From Gammaproteobacteria bacterium (GTDB lineage Bacteria; Pseudomonadota; Gammaproteobacteria; GCA-001735895): DNA of 64,000 bases. Location: assembly GCA_024225395.1 (NCBI GenBank), contig JAAEMR010000020.1, forward strand, positions 327-64,326, written 5' to 3'. This document shows positions 39,343 to 48,090 of this stretch, in pieces. The notes beneath the pieces are model-generated. The model worked only from the letters and a program-made list of their open reading frames with translations. It had not been told where the DNA came from and did no database searches. Position 1 is the first letter of the stretch. Every line of letters starts with the position of its first letter. Both the position numbers and the translations under genes were made by a program.

Positions 39343-39990
39343 TTAATCATTTTCAGCCATCATTTTTTTAGCAGTTCCCTTTTCCAGTCCAAACTCACTT
39401 TCAATCATTGCATTCCATGCCGCTCTTTTGAACGTTCGTTCATGAGGTACTCTCCGGTGAACCAGATTGTAATGACAATCAATACAACTTTTATGTTTCG
39501 CATCTTCCAGATGAATTTTATTAGTATCTGGCCGGGTACCATAAATGGCTTCTTTAACATGACATTTTTTACAGGTCGCCGAATCTCTCTTTTTAAACCA
39601 GCTTCTGGCAGCAAAGGCGGCTTCCGGTAAATGCAATGCACTCACAACTGGATCATCATAATCCGGGCCAATTAATGCGCCTTTCAGCTGATTGATAACA
39701 TCTTTACCCCCAATAAAATGATCCCAGGTCGCCGATAATACGCCTTCAGATACATGACAGTCTCCACAACTGGCTCGAACCCCGGAATCCGGCTTATAGT
39801 GTTTGGACTGCCGATAAGGGTCTGCCACAATTTCCATCGAATGACAGCTGGTACAAAAATCTTCACTGCTGGTGTAATGATCAAATTCTATCAAAAAAAG
39901 TATAAAACCCATGCCAGAAATTCCACCCACCAGTAAAGCAAATAAAACATGACGGGTTATGAAAGCTGGTAGCTGGAGCCTAATCTTCAT
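39343..39990 (-). CDS. NapC/NirT-family membrane-anchored tetraheme cytochrome c (quinol dehydrogenase)
   Basis: N-terminal transmembrane helix then 4 CxxCH motifs (CTSCH, CGDCH, CKKCH, CIDCH). ATG 39990 follows AAGGGA and overlaps the upstream stop. Confidence 0.85.
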   Translation of the reverse strand: MKIRLQLPAFITRHVLFALLVGGISGMGFILFLIEFDHYTSSEDFCTSCHSMEIVADPYRQSKHYKPDSGVRASCGDCHVSEGVLSATWDHFIGGKDVINQLKGALIGPDYDDPVVSALHLPEAAFAARSWFKKRDSATCKKCHVKEAIYGTRPDTNKIHLEDAKHKSCIDCHYNLVHRRVPHERTFKRAAWNAMIESEFGLEKGTAKKMMAEND

Positions 39991-41434
39991 GAGATATCCC
40001 TTGTCCAAAACCTGGAACAGGGTTCCCTTTTTCCGGATGGTTCAACCAGTCATGATGCTCAGAATCATTGATATACTTTTTTATCAGGGCATCACCTTTT
40101 TGCTTTCCGGCAACGCCCCTGATTTGCTTTAGAAATTTACCATAAAAATTGCTACCAACCTCACTCATGCCCTTCCAGGTCATACTGGGACTACCCATCG
40201 CGGCGCCATGCCTGGCCATTGTTCCACTGGTATGCCATAAATTCCAGTAAGTGACTTCAATCGGCTCATCGAAAGGTAAAGGCGTTAATAAGTCATCAGA
40301 GTAAAGCTGCTGCATAATGGCCTGAGCAGGTTTACCATATTTCTCATTAAACAGTTCAACCACGTTATCAAACTGTAACATCGCATTATTACTGAACCCT
40401 TTACTATGACATTCCAGACAAACTTTTGTCATGGCACCACGACGGCGTTTGGGCGATGCCACTGCTTTCACTTTACCCATGCTACCATCCATTTTAGAAA
40501 TACTTTCACCGCGCCGGGGTATAGGTTCAGAGGTTGAAAGTTCTCTCTTGCTTCCATCAGCAAAAATAACAAGATATTGCTGCTTTGAAACTGCCTCATT
40601 CAAATTCCATGAGTCACGCATACCCACATCATGCGTAGACTTCATTTTACCTGCTGCCCCCATGTGACAGGTGACACAGGTGGGAGCCGCCGAGTAATCC
40701 TTTCCAACGACCCACTGATCACTGTCCATATTCATATCTTTTTTATGCGCTTCATACATTATGCCGTGCCTGGAGCTTTCATATATTGATTTATCAGGAG
40801 AATCAGGTCCTGAGTGACAGTAGATGCATGCCTGTGGCTCACGTGCCTGAGCCTTGGAAAATTGATGCCTGCCGTGACAGGAGGAACAGGAACCAACTGA
40901 ACCATCCGGGTTAATACGTCCGATGCCGGAATTGGGCCAACTGGCTGGATCCAGTGTGCCATCACCACGTACCTTAACTTCCGAACCATGACATTTCGCA
41001 CAACCTGCATCATTAATGGATGGACTTCCAAAATGTTCGGAAAGAGCAGGCATCCGGTTCTTAATAATTGTAAGTGCCCTGGTATGAACCGAACCCTTTT
41101 GTTGCTTAAATTCTTGCGTATGGCAACGACCACAATCTTTCGGTGATACGATCGTCGCTATTATGCTACCTTCATGTTCGATTGCATCGACATCTTCTTC
41201 ATAAGCCTGATGACAATCCAGGCAGTTCACATTGGCCACAGCATGAGCACTGTTTTTCCACTGGTGAGTGAGCCCCGCCGAAGATTTACTATGACAGTCG
41301 ACACAGGCCTTACCTTCATCACTTCCCCAGCTACTGGAATCAACCGTGACTTTTGCAGCTAAGACAGAAGTAGATGACAACAATGTTATCAATAGAATCA
41401 GAACTGAAAATGAGGTCTGTAGGTAAGGCTTCAC
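39980..41434 (-). CDS. Octaheme cytochrome c of the hydroxylamine oxidoreductase (HAO) family
   Basis: Signal peptide and 8 CxxCH motifs (CVDCH, CLDCH, CGRCH, CAKCH, CSSCH, CIYCH, CVTCH, CLECH). HAO-family block WPNSGIGRINPDGSVGSCSSCHGRHQFS...AREPQACIYCHSGPDSP...YESSRHG. The start may be 41452. Confidence 0.8.
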   Translation of the reverse strand: MKPYLQTSFSVLILLITLLSSTSVLAAKVTVDSSSWGSDEGKACVDCHSKSSAGLTHQWKNSAHAVANVNCLDCHQAYEEDVDAIEHEGSIIATIVSPKDCGRCHTQEFKQQKGSVHTRALTIIKNRMPALSEHFGSPSINDAGCAKCHGSEVKVRGDGTLDPASWPNSGIGRINPDGSVGSCSSCHGRHQFSKAQAREPQACIYCHSGPDSPDKSIYESSRHGIMYEAHKKDMNMDSDQWVVGKDYSAAPTCVTCHMGAAGKMKSTHDVGMRDSWNLNEAVSKQQYLVIFADGSKRELSTSEPIPRRGESISKMDGSMGKVKAVASPKRRRGAMTKVCLECHSKGFSNNAMLQFDNVVELFNEKYGKPAQAIMQQLYSDDLLTPLPFDEPIEVTYWNLWHTSGTMARHGAAMGSPSMTWKGMSEVGSNFYGKFLKQIRGVAGKQKGDALIKKYINDSEHHDWLNHPEKGNPVPGFGQGISHED

Positions 41435-41509
41435 GTTATAGTAACTCCACACATTATTTTATTAACTTAGCCCCGTGAAGGGGCGTAATTCAAAGGTTAT
41501 ATTCTGTAA

Positions 41510-42092
41510 TTATTCTTTTTCGTAACCGACTATCATCGCCTTCAGGTAACCGATAAACACTTCACTGGTCGTTAAGCCATGTAGAGATGTACAATTAAAA
41601 ATGCGATTAACATGAAAGCCAGCACTGTATGCATTAACGCAACGAACATCAGACTTAGTCCTCCAGGCCCAACCATTGCCCAGTAAGGGTAAAAAAATAG
41701 AGCAAACCACTGAGTACCGCAAAAGGTAACATAAGGGTATGTAGCGACAGGTAAGCCATACGCTGTACAGGATTCAATTTTGACTGCCTGGTTTTATGAT
41801 GAGGGTATTCACTACCAGCGGTAAAAATATCCACGCCATAATATTTCATCATAGCCAGCAATTTATTCATATTTGCCGGTATATATTGTTTCCACTCACC
41901 CGTAACCATGTTGCAGAAAATACCCAGAAACCCGATAGCAATCAAACACCAGGAAGCGACTATATAAATATCCACTGCCTGCTCATACCCGAACAAACTA
42001 TAAGTCCCATGAATCTCAAATCCCGTTATCAACATGGCAATAACCAGAAAGCCCTGAGACCAGTGCCAGTTCCGATATGACAACGGGTACAA
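41510..42092 (-). pseudogene. Cytochrome b (Ni/Fe-hydrogenase / formate dehydrogenase gamma-type b subunit family) broken by two frameshifts in its 3' part
   Basis: Frame 1: YRNWHWSQGFLVIAMLITG...LTGQWLGLED*. Frame 2: GLSLMFVALMHTVLAFMLIAFLIVHLYMA*. Frame 3: TTSEVFIGYLKAMIVGYEKE*. Joined together they reconstruct a typical family member. Confidence 0.65.
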
Positions 42093-42357
42093 CGTGATAA
42101 GTTACCAGTGATACTCAGGCAAAAATTGTTCACAACAGTTTTCTTACCTACCAGTTCACCATTGTCGGGATTAGTAAATTGCCGGTTCCGGTGTTTTTTT
42201 AAGCTCATCAAACTTACTGTGATCAGCCGTTGAGGTAGAATTTTTTAACCGGTGTGTTTTTCTGAGAAGCCAAACTACTACTGGAAAAACCAACCAGACA
42301 GCTACCCAGCAATAAAAACAAAGCGGGGCGAACTAAACTTCCATAGCGGGAAAACAT
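42029..42357 (-). pseudogene. Remnant of a multiheme cytochrome c gene (resembles the N-terminus of tetrathionate-reductase-family octahemes), frameshifted and truncated
   Basis: A strong RBS GGGAGGG precedes ATG 42357, giving signal peptide MFSRYGSLVRPALFLLLGSCLVGFSSSSLA and a stop after 44 codons. The next frame reads ADHSKFDELKK. A third frame reads FTNPDNGELVGKKTVVNNFCLSITGNLSRCTRCH. Frame changes coincide with A6/A7 runs. The ORF then runs into the cytochrome b start. Confidence 0.5.
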
Positions 42358-42441
42358 ACGTTTCCCTCCCTAAAAACAAATGCTTTTAATTTCCGGAACA
42401 AAGCGGGTGTTAAACAACCTCAGCTTTGCCCCGGTACTCTA

Positions 42442-43722
42442 TTACAACGAGTTTTCAGCCGATGCAATCATCTTTGGAGCAGTTACATCTTTAGGGATTT
42501 TAGTGAACTTTTTAACCAGTCCAGGCCATAAAAGGTTGTAGTAAAGTTCGGCACGAACCAGTACAACGTCTTTGGCTGGGATAGAGTATTCAAAGTTACG
42601 TGTCTCAAAAGCTTTCAGTCGAGTATCAGAACCCTGACCTTTAGCCGTTGGAGGACCCGTTGGCTTTCCATCTGCATCAACCAGTGTTAAGAACATAAAT
42701 GCTTTTTTGTCTTGCTTGGCAGGGTGTCCTTTTGCATTTTCCCAAACCATCTTGCCGTCCTTGTCATAAGCCGTAATTTTTATATATAGATTTCTGAACG
42801 GTGCACCAGTAGGCATGGTGTGCGGTTGTTTATTTCTGAGAGTAATAGTCGAGTTAATATTATCCCCATTCTTTTTACTATCCATATAAAAAACTACTGC
42901 ACGTTGCAACATACCCATATCATGTCCACCACCCATACTGTGGTCGGCAAAACCTTTACCCATAGGCATGTGGCATGACAGACAGTCTACTTGCGCATTA
43001 CTCGCTATGTATTCGTCACCCGTTGCACATAAAGGCACTCCATGAGCATTGTTACGCTTATCATGGCAACCCATGCAGGCATCGGATGTTCTTAAGTGAG
43101 AAGGATTACTTTCCATTGGTAGAGACTGAATTGTCTTGCCATCAACCTCAACCGCTTCACCCATATGAGGGTTCGGTTTCTTGTCTTCTTCACCACCAAA
43201 ACCAAAATCATCACCACTAGCAGCCAGTGATGCCAGTTTATTGTTAGAGTGACGACCAGAGCCCTGTAATTTAGTAGATGTTTCATAGGCCTTCAGCCCT
43301 AATTTACCTTTGGTTGCATCAACACCTACAAGTTTTTTCATAGTATGACAGGCAACACAGTTAACACCTTCAGAGTAGGCAGGGGCAGAATCCAGTTTAG
43401 TCTTTTTATCTCTCGCTGCATTAGGTGCATGACACTGCAAACAAACAGGGTATTTACCTGATTTTGTTTTTACGCCTTCCTTTCCTGGATCACCGACAAC
43501 TTTTCTATAGAAAGTACCGTGAATGGGATCTTTGAATGCCGTACTGTTTGCATGCATTGAACCTTTCCATTGTTTATAAATATCTTTATGGCAAGTTTTA
43601 CAGGTTTCGGACGAAACCTGGTGAATCGGTTTATCAGCTGAAACATTTGTAGCTGAAAGCAAACTTAAACCACAAAATACCATTCCTGAAAATAGCAAAG
43701 AAATTTTTACCCTGGTGCGCAT
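42442..43722 (-). CDS. Periplasmic pentaheme cytochrome c with a heme-free C-terminal domain
   Basis: 426 aa with a signal peptide and 5 CxxCH motifs (CKTCH, CLQCH, CVACH, CMGCH, CLSCH). The last 150 aa or so lack heme motifs. GAGGAAGGG Shine-Dalgarno. Confidence 0.8.
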   Translation of the reverse strand: MRTRVKISLLFSGMVFCGLSLLSATNVSADKPIHQVSSETCKTCHKDIYKQWKGSMHANSTAFKDPIHGTFYRKVVGDPGKEGVKTKSGKYPVCLQCHAPNAARDKKTKLDSAPAYSEGVNCVACHTMKKLVGVDATKGKLGLKAYETSTKLQGSGRHSNNKLASLAASGDDFGFGGEEDKKPNPHMGEAVEVDGKTIQSLPMESNPSHLRTSDACMGCHDKRNNAHGVPLCATGDEYIASNAQVDCLSCHMPMGKGFADHSMGGGHDMGMLQRAVVFYMDSKKNGDNINSTITLRNKQPHTMPTGAPFRNLYIKITAYDKDGKMVWENAKGHPAKQDKKAFMFLTLVDADGKPTGPPTAKGQGSDTRLKAFETRNFEYSIPAKDVVLVRAELYYNLLWPGLVKKFTKIPKDVTAPKMIASAENSL

Positions 43723-44252
43723 AATACTAGCCCTTCCTCAATGATTAACTTTAATAATTTAAAAAGAGAAGCTGTCACCACAGTGCTTATCATTGCGGCT
43801 GTCTTAAAACTAGTAATAACAGCTCTATCACTGTTTTATTATTGCATTTCATCGACTTTCGTTGGGTCAAAACGAAAAATACACGATTTTTCAGGATCTC
43901 AAAGTATTTAAAAATACGGGAACTCTTATCAAGTTTAGAAAACTATTCATATTTTCTAACTTTGACGAATATTCCTTCTATATTATTTTTACAGTAGCTA
44001 GAATTTATCAATTTGAATACAACATAGGTTAATATCCTGAATTAAAACTAAGGTTTATTTAAATCGAAAGGGGAATTACTTGAATATGAATTGATATAAA
44101 TTAACAAATTTGAGTTACTTAATAATACATTATGATTTTTAGCGGTTACTGAAAAGCGTGCCTCATTGCCACCTAAAATAACCGGGTTTTTATTGCATAT
44201 TTACAGGCTAAAATTATTTTTACAGATGCAAAAAGTTCTTTTTTAAGACTCT

Positions 44253-45689
44253 TTAATGAATTATTTCAGACAATTCCTTAACCAGCGCATCAGGCGTAAT
44301 TCCATGGGCAAATTTTGTAATAAAACTACCATCCGGTGCCATCAGGTAAAGACTGGCAGTATGGTCCATAACATATAAGCCCGGATCAGACTCGTCTCTC
44401 CTGCCTTTTTCGAACTGCACCTTGAATTGATCAGCAACCCGTTTAATCATCGCCTCAGAACCCGTAAGGCCAATCAGACGCGGATCAAAATAACTCACAT
44501 AGTCTCGTAATAACGTAACCGTATCCCTCTCAGGATCAATTGAAATGAAATAAGGCTGAATATCATCGGCCATATCCCCCATCTGCCTGAAAGCCTGGGT
44601 CAATACAGACAAGCTGGTCGGGCACACATCCGGACAAGAGGTGTAACCGAAAAATAATATCGCATACTTGCCCATCATATCCTGTTCAGTAACGGTTGCT
44701 CCGAGATGGTCAGTCAGGAAAAAATGCCCGCCCAAACCATCGATAACAGGACTTTCATCACCAAAAGCCTCGAGTCGTGCTTTGGCTGCTTCATCCATGT
44801 CAGCATTCAAACAACGCTTTATCACATCCGTATTGTATTCCATCAGCTTCAGGTACAACTCCGGGCCAGGCTCTAAATCCAGCCCTAACGTATCCAGTTT
44901 GCCGATGTTTATTGTTTGCCCTTCTGTTAAAAGCTGCTCGTTCCCAGCTGGCATACTCTTATCTACAAACAGACAAACCGCTTGCTGGCTGGCAATTCTT
45001 GTCCGCACATTGAGCAAGTCCAGGACATTTTCCTTATCCCACGGTGAAGCAGAAACATGATCCAGTGTTTTCAATGCATAGGCCTGCTCAAAATAATTCA
45101 AATTGTCATAATACAAAACCCCTAGACCCGCTTTTAAACCTCGATATCCGTACTCATATTCTTTATCTATGCGCCGCAATGGCACTAACATATCCAATCG
45201 GTTACGGGTGTAAATATGTGAACGCTGGGGATCAAGCCGAACCAAAATCTCTGTTAACTCATCCAGCATAATCATTACATTTCGATCATCCATCCAGAAG
45301 AATGGATCCCGAGCATCTGGATTTTTTCGTGATGGAAGTATCTTTAAATCAGGACTGGATAACAATTCAACAACCTTGACACTATCAGGTAACTTTTCAA
45401 TAGTTTGCTGCAGGGATTTTTCAAGTTCAGGACCTACCCAGATCAGCAGTTTTGCATCATTTAACTGATTTTTCTGCTGCTGATTTAACTCAAAATTATA
45501 GGGCGTTTCTTTGTTATCGATTAATAAAACCGGTTTACCGACACCCTTCATTAAACCAGCAACAATTGAATGAACCGGTTTAATACTGGTTACAACTGTA
45601 AAATTATCGGACGCCCAGCTCACTGACATATTCAACATCAATACAGTAATCGTAACACGGTAAAAGCCGTGTATTATTTTCTCTATCAT
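44253..45689 (-). CDS. Fusion protein: ZnuA/TroA-like periplasmic binding-protein domain (canonical His ligands absent) plus C-terminal Sco1/SenC copper chaperone
   Basis: 478 aa. The N-terminal TSIKPVHSIVAGL...LLIWVGPELE scaffold has TPYNF, DPFFWMD and YYDNLNYF where ZnuA has His. The C-terminal part has FFGYTSCPDVCP (CxxxC) and DHTASLYL (His ligand). Confidence 0.75.
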   Translation of the reverse strand: MIEKIIHGFYRVTITVLMLNMSVSWASDNFTVVTSIKPVHSIVAGLMKGVGKPVLLIDNKETPYNFELNQQQKNQLNDAKLLIWVGPELEKSLQQTIEKLPDSVKVVELLSSPDLKILPSRKNPDARDPFFWMDDRNVMIMLDELTEILVRLDPQRSHIYTRNRLDMLVPLRRIDKEYEYGYRGLKAGLGVLYYDNLNYFEQAYALKTLDHVSASPWDKENVLDLLNVRTRIASQQAVCLFVDKSMPAGNEQLLTEGQTINIGKLDTLGLDLEPGPELYLKLMEYNTDVIKRCLNADMDEAAKARLEAFGDESPVIDGLGGHFFLTDHLGATVTEQDMMGKYAILFFGYTSCPDVCPTSLSVLTQAFRQMGDMADDIQPYFISIDPERDTVTLLRDYVSYFDPRLIGLTGSEAMIKRVADQFKVQFEKGRRDESDPGLYVMDHTASLYLMAPDGSFITKFAHGITPDALVKELSEIIH

Positions 45690-46024
45690 TGCTTAAATGT
45701 CTTCTCGATACCTTTTACGGCTACATCAACCTGCTCTGTGAAAGGCAAAGCACCGGGGCAAGCAGAGTTTTTAGTCATAAAATCCATGAATGAACTACTG
45801 GTTGCACTCTCGAACCAGTCACCCAGCTCTCTTTGTTTGGGTAAATGCAAAACCAGGGTCATTTTAATTCGCTGCATTTGATCCATATAACGACAATGCA
45901 ATGCAACACCATTCAGCTCGCCCATTTTTGCAATCGCATTGAGTTGACTCTCGGTTGCCGCATGAGCCGATGAAACTCCGGATAAAGCAACGATCAGGAT
46001 GAATAATAATTTCATGTTTTTCAT
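45686..46024 (-). CDS. Small secreted two-cysteine protein (pattern reminiscent of TIGR02301-type proteins)
   Basis: 112 aa. Signal peptide ending SSAHA. LHC...ACP cysteines. ATGA overlap with the downstream ZnuA-Sco gene. Confidence 0.5.
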   Translation of the reverse strand: MKNMKLLFILIVALSGVSSAHAATESQLNAIAKMGELNGVALHCRYMDQMQRIKMTLVLHLPKQRELGDWFESATSSSFMDFMTKNSACPGALPFTEQVDVAVKGIEKTFKQ

Positions 46025-46380
46025 TTGTCTCTAAACTGTTTTCTTCAAGTTGTACTCAAAGGTATCTGGCATTCATTAATGCTGCATATTTTCTTTTTCA
46101 AGCATGGTAATTAAATGATAGGAAAATTCTCTGGCATTAAAAAAAACGACATCTTCAAGCATACTACTATGCAAATTGGTTTCTGCTTTAGGAGTGTTGC
46201 AGTCACCTTTTTCTGTCACAGCTAATACCACTGTTACTAACAGGCTGAAAAACCATAAAAGGTGTACAGCTACCTTGAATTGGATTGCATAATAAATTCC
46301 AAGTTCAATACCGACTATTTTAACCGCTTAAAGCACTTTAAAAAAGCAGGTAATTAGACAAGAAAAATAGATATCTGACT

Positions 46381-46423
46381 TTGACATGAATCAAGAGTCA
46401 ACATTAGAACTAAAAGCTATAAT
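46381..46423 (+). promoter_or_regulatory. Class II FNR/DNR-type promoter: TTGACatgaATCAA box plus TATAAT -10
   Basis: Box at 46381-46394, then 23 nt, then TATAAT at 46418-46423. AGGTAAG Shine-Dalgarno and ATG at 46453. Confidence 0.6.
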
Positions 46424-46452
46424 AGTTATCACAAATTACTTTAGGTAAGTTC

Positions 46453-47133
46453 ATGAAGCTATACTCCACAGCAGCCAGTTTTTTACTATTTTACCTGTTT
46501 ATTCCCATGCCTGCGCTGGCATTTGATTATGACCCAGATATCGGTCAGGAAATTAATGATGTCTGCGCCGGTTGTCACGGAGAATTTGGACAGGGCGGAA
46601 AAGAAGGGGAATACCCTCGTTTAGCCGGCATGCCTGCCGAATTCATTGCTCAACAGCTAGTTTTATTCAGAAATCGAGAACGCCCTAATATGCCAATGCT
46701 TCAATATATCGACGAGCGTCAAATGCCCGATGAAGATATCTACAATGTATCTCAATACATCGCATCAATAAAACTTAACACCCGCTTACCACCTGTTGAT
46801 GAAACTGCTGCGGATTTTGATGCTTATGCAAGGCTTCTGGAATCGAAAAAATTAATGCAAATTCCACGTGCGCCAGGCGATATAGCAAAAGGTAAAAAGC
46901 TTTATAAGAAAGAATGCGCCAGCTGCCACGGTAAAGATGGATATGGTTTACACAAAAAAGCCGTGCCATTACTGGCAGGACAGTACACCAGCTACCTTTG
47001 GAATCAGGTGACAAAACTACGTAAAAGAATTCGTATTCACGATATAGAAGAGCCTGATGAAGAGTTACTGGATGATTTCACGGATGATGAGATAACCGAT
47101 ATTTTTGCCTGGCTATCAATGGCCGATGACTAA
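46453..47133 (+). CDS. Diheme cytochrome c, c4-like
   Basis: 226 aa. Signal peptide, CAGCH and CASCH, with YPRLAGM / LLAGQ motifs after each heme site. Confidence 0.85.
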   Translation: MKLYSTAASFLLFYLFIPMPALAFDYDPDIGQEINDVCAGCHGEFGQGGKEGEYPRLAGMPAEFIAQQLVLFRNRERPNMPMLQYIDERQMPDEDIYNVSQYIASIKLNTRLPPVDETAADFDAYARLLESKKLMQIPRAPGDIAKGKKLYKKECASCHGKDGYGLHKKAVPLLAGQYTSYLWNQVTKLRKRIRIHDIEEPDEELLDDFTDDEITDIFAWLSMADD

Positions 47134-47264
47134 ATATCTTAAACCCTGAGATTGGGAAAACATAAATCTCATGTTCTCAGATAGCAAAATGGTACAGGTC
47201 GTTCGCTTTTCCAGTCCCTGGGAAACTATCATAAACATTTAATCAATTAACCCCGGAGTTTAAA

Positions 47265-47471
47265 ATGAAATTTAGTCCCTGCACAGGAGAATGCACTGAA
47301 GATGGTACAAACTGTAAAGGTTGTGGCCGTGCCCATGAAGAAATTGCAGAAATGAAATCTAATATTGCCAGCCTGGTAGCATTCGCAAAAAAAATGGGTT
47401 ATGAAAATATTGATGAATTTGCAAATGGCGTAGCTGGAAGCATTAAATATAAAATGGGCGAAGGGCACTAA
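47265..47471 (+). CDS. Small cysteine-rich protein, DUF1289-like
   Basis: 68 aa. SPCTGECTEDGTNCKGCGRAHEEIAEM fits the PCxGxC-x6-7-CxGCxRxxxEI pattern. Confidence 0.55.
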   Translation: MKFSPCTGECTEDGTNCKGCGRAHEEIAEMKSNIASLVAFAKKMGYENIDEFANGVAGSIKYKMGEGH

Positions 47472-47494
47472 ACACGCCACCGCCTGAAGATGCG

Positions 47495-47520
47495 ATAGAT
47501 TCCGGCTAAACCCTGCCGGA
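47495..47520. repeat. REP-like hairpin element, copy 2; probable bidirectional terminator
   Basis: ATAGATTCCGGCTAAACCCTGCCGGA matches the copy at 15592-15618. Followed by tactacgttttgttg. Lies between convergent genes. Confidence 0.5.
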
Positions 47521-47575
47521 ATACTACGTTTTGTTGAGACTTAGATTTGACTGATATTCTGTAAGAGATACTTTA

Positions 47576-48067
47576 TTACTGGTTATTACTGGTAATAAAA
47601 CGAAATGGTACATTTATCTGTTTATCACCAGCATCCAGTTGAATAACGGATTCCCACTCCATAATGCTTCGAGTACAAAAAGATAAAGCCCCTTTGCCCA
47701 TATAACGTCCATTTCCTGTTTCATTTAAATCGACAATATTGGGAGGCATCTTCATATCAACTCCATTGATATCAACTGACACATCATCGATATCAAGACC
47801 TGAAACGGTCACTTCAAGTTTTAGCTTTTCACTGACTGGAATAGATCGCGGCTCAATGGCAAAACTTACACGGCTACCATCGTCTAAAGTCGTGATGCAG
47901 GGTCCTGCACGTAAATCACAACCAGGGTCAAATGCGACTCTGACTTGCTCGGGGGGAATATTGTCTACCCACCATTGCTGATAAACCAGCCAGCTTATTA
48001 CTAAAAATGACAGTGTTATTCCTGCTATCCAGTTGGATTTACTAATCCCTTCAAAGGTTTTTTTCAT
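47576..48067 (-). CDS. Single-pass membrane-anchored periplasmic protein, FixH-sized; family not confidently recognised
   Basis: 163 aa with an N-terminal transmembrane helix WIAGITLSFLVISWLVY. Beta-rich remainder with CDLRAGPC. Starts 23 bp downstream of nosY. Confidence 0.5.
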   Translation of the reverse strand: MKKTFEGISKSNWIAGITLSFLVISWLVYQQWWVDNIPPEQVRVAFDPGCDLRAGPCITTLDDGSRVSFAIEPRSIPVSEKLKLEVTVSGLDIDDVSVDINGVDMKMPPNIVDLNETGNGRYMGKGALSFCTRSIMEWESVIQLDAGDKQINVPFRFITSNNQ

Positions 48068-48090
48068 AACTATGAATTAATTCAACCGGG

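Noticed and set aside
43741-43911. 56-codon plus-strand ORF with one hydrophobic segment inside the AT-rich leader
   Set aside because: It has no ribosome-binding site, and AT-rich DNA readily gives Ile/Leu/Phe-rich chance ORFs.
44091-44104. TTGATataaATTAA as the FNR site for the multiheme operon
   Set aside because: It is a 9/10 match, but lies about 370 bp upstream of the first start codon with no -10 at the proper spacing. It is mentioned under the leader finding rather than called as a feature.
46035-46330. Minus-strand open frame (…FKVAVHLLWFFSLLVTVVLAVTEKGDCNTPKAE…MLEKENMQH) in the 430-bp gap upstream of the two-Cys protein gene
   Set aside because: There is no ATG, GTG or TTG until the last third of the frame and no Shine-Dalgarno. 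It may be a remnant but cannot be supported as a gene.
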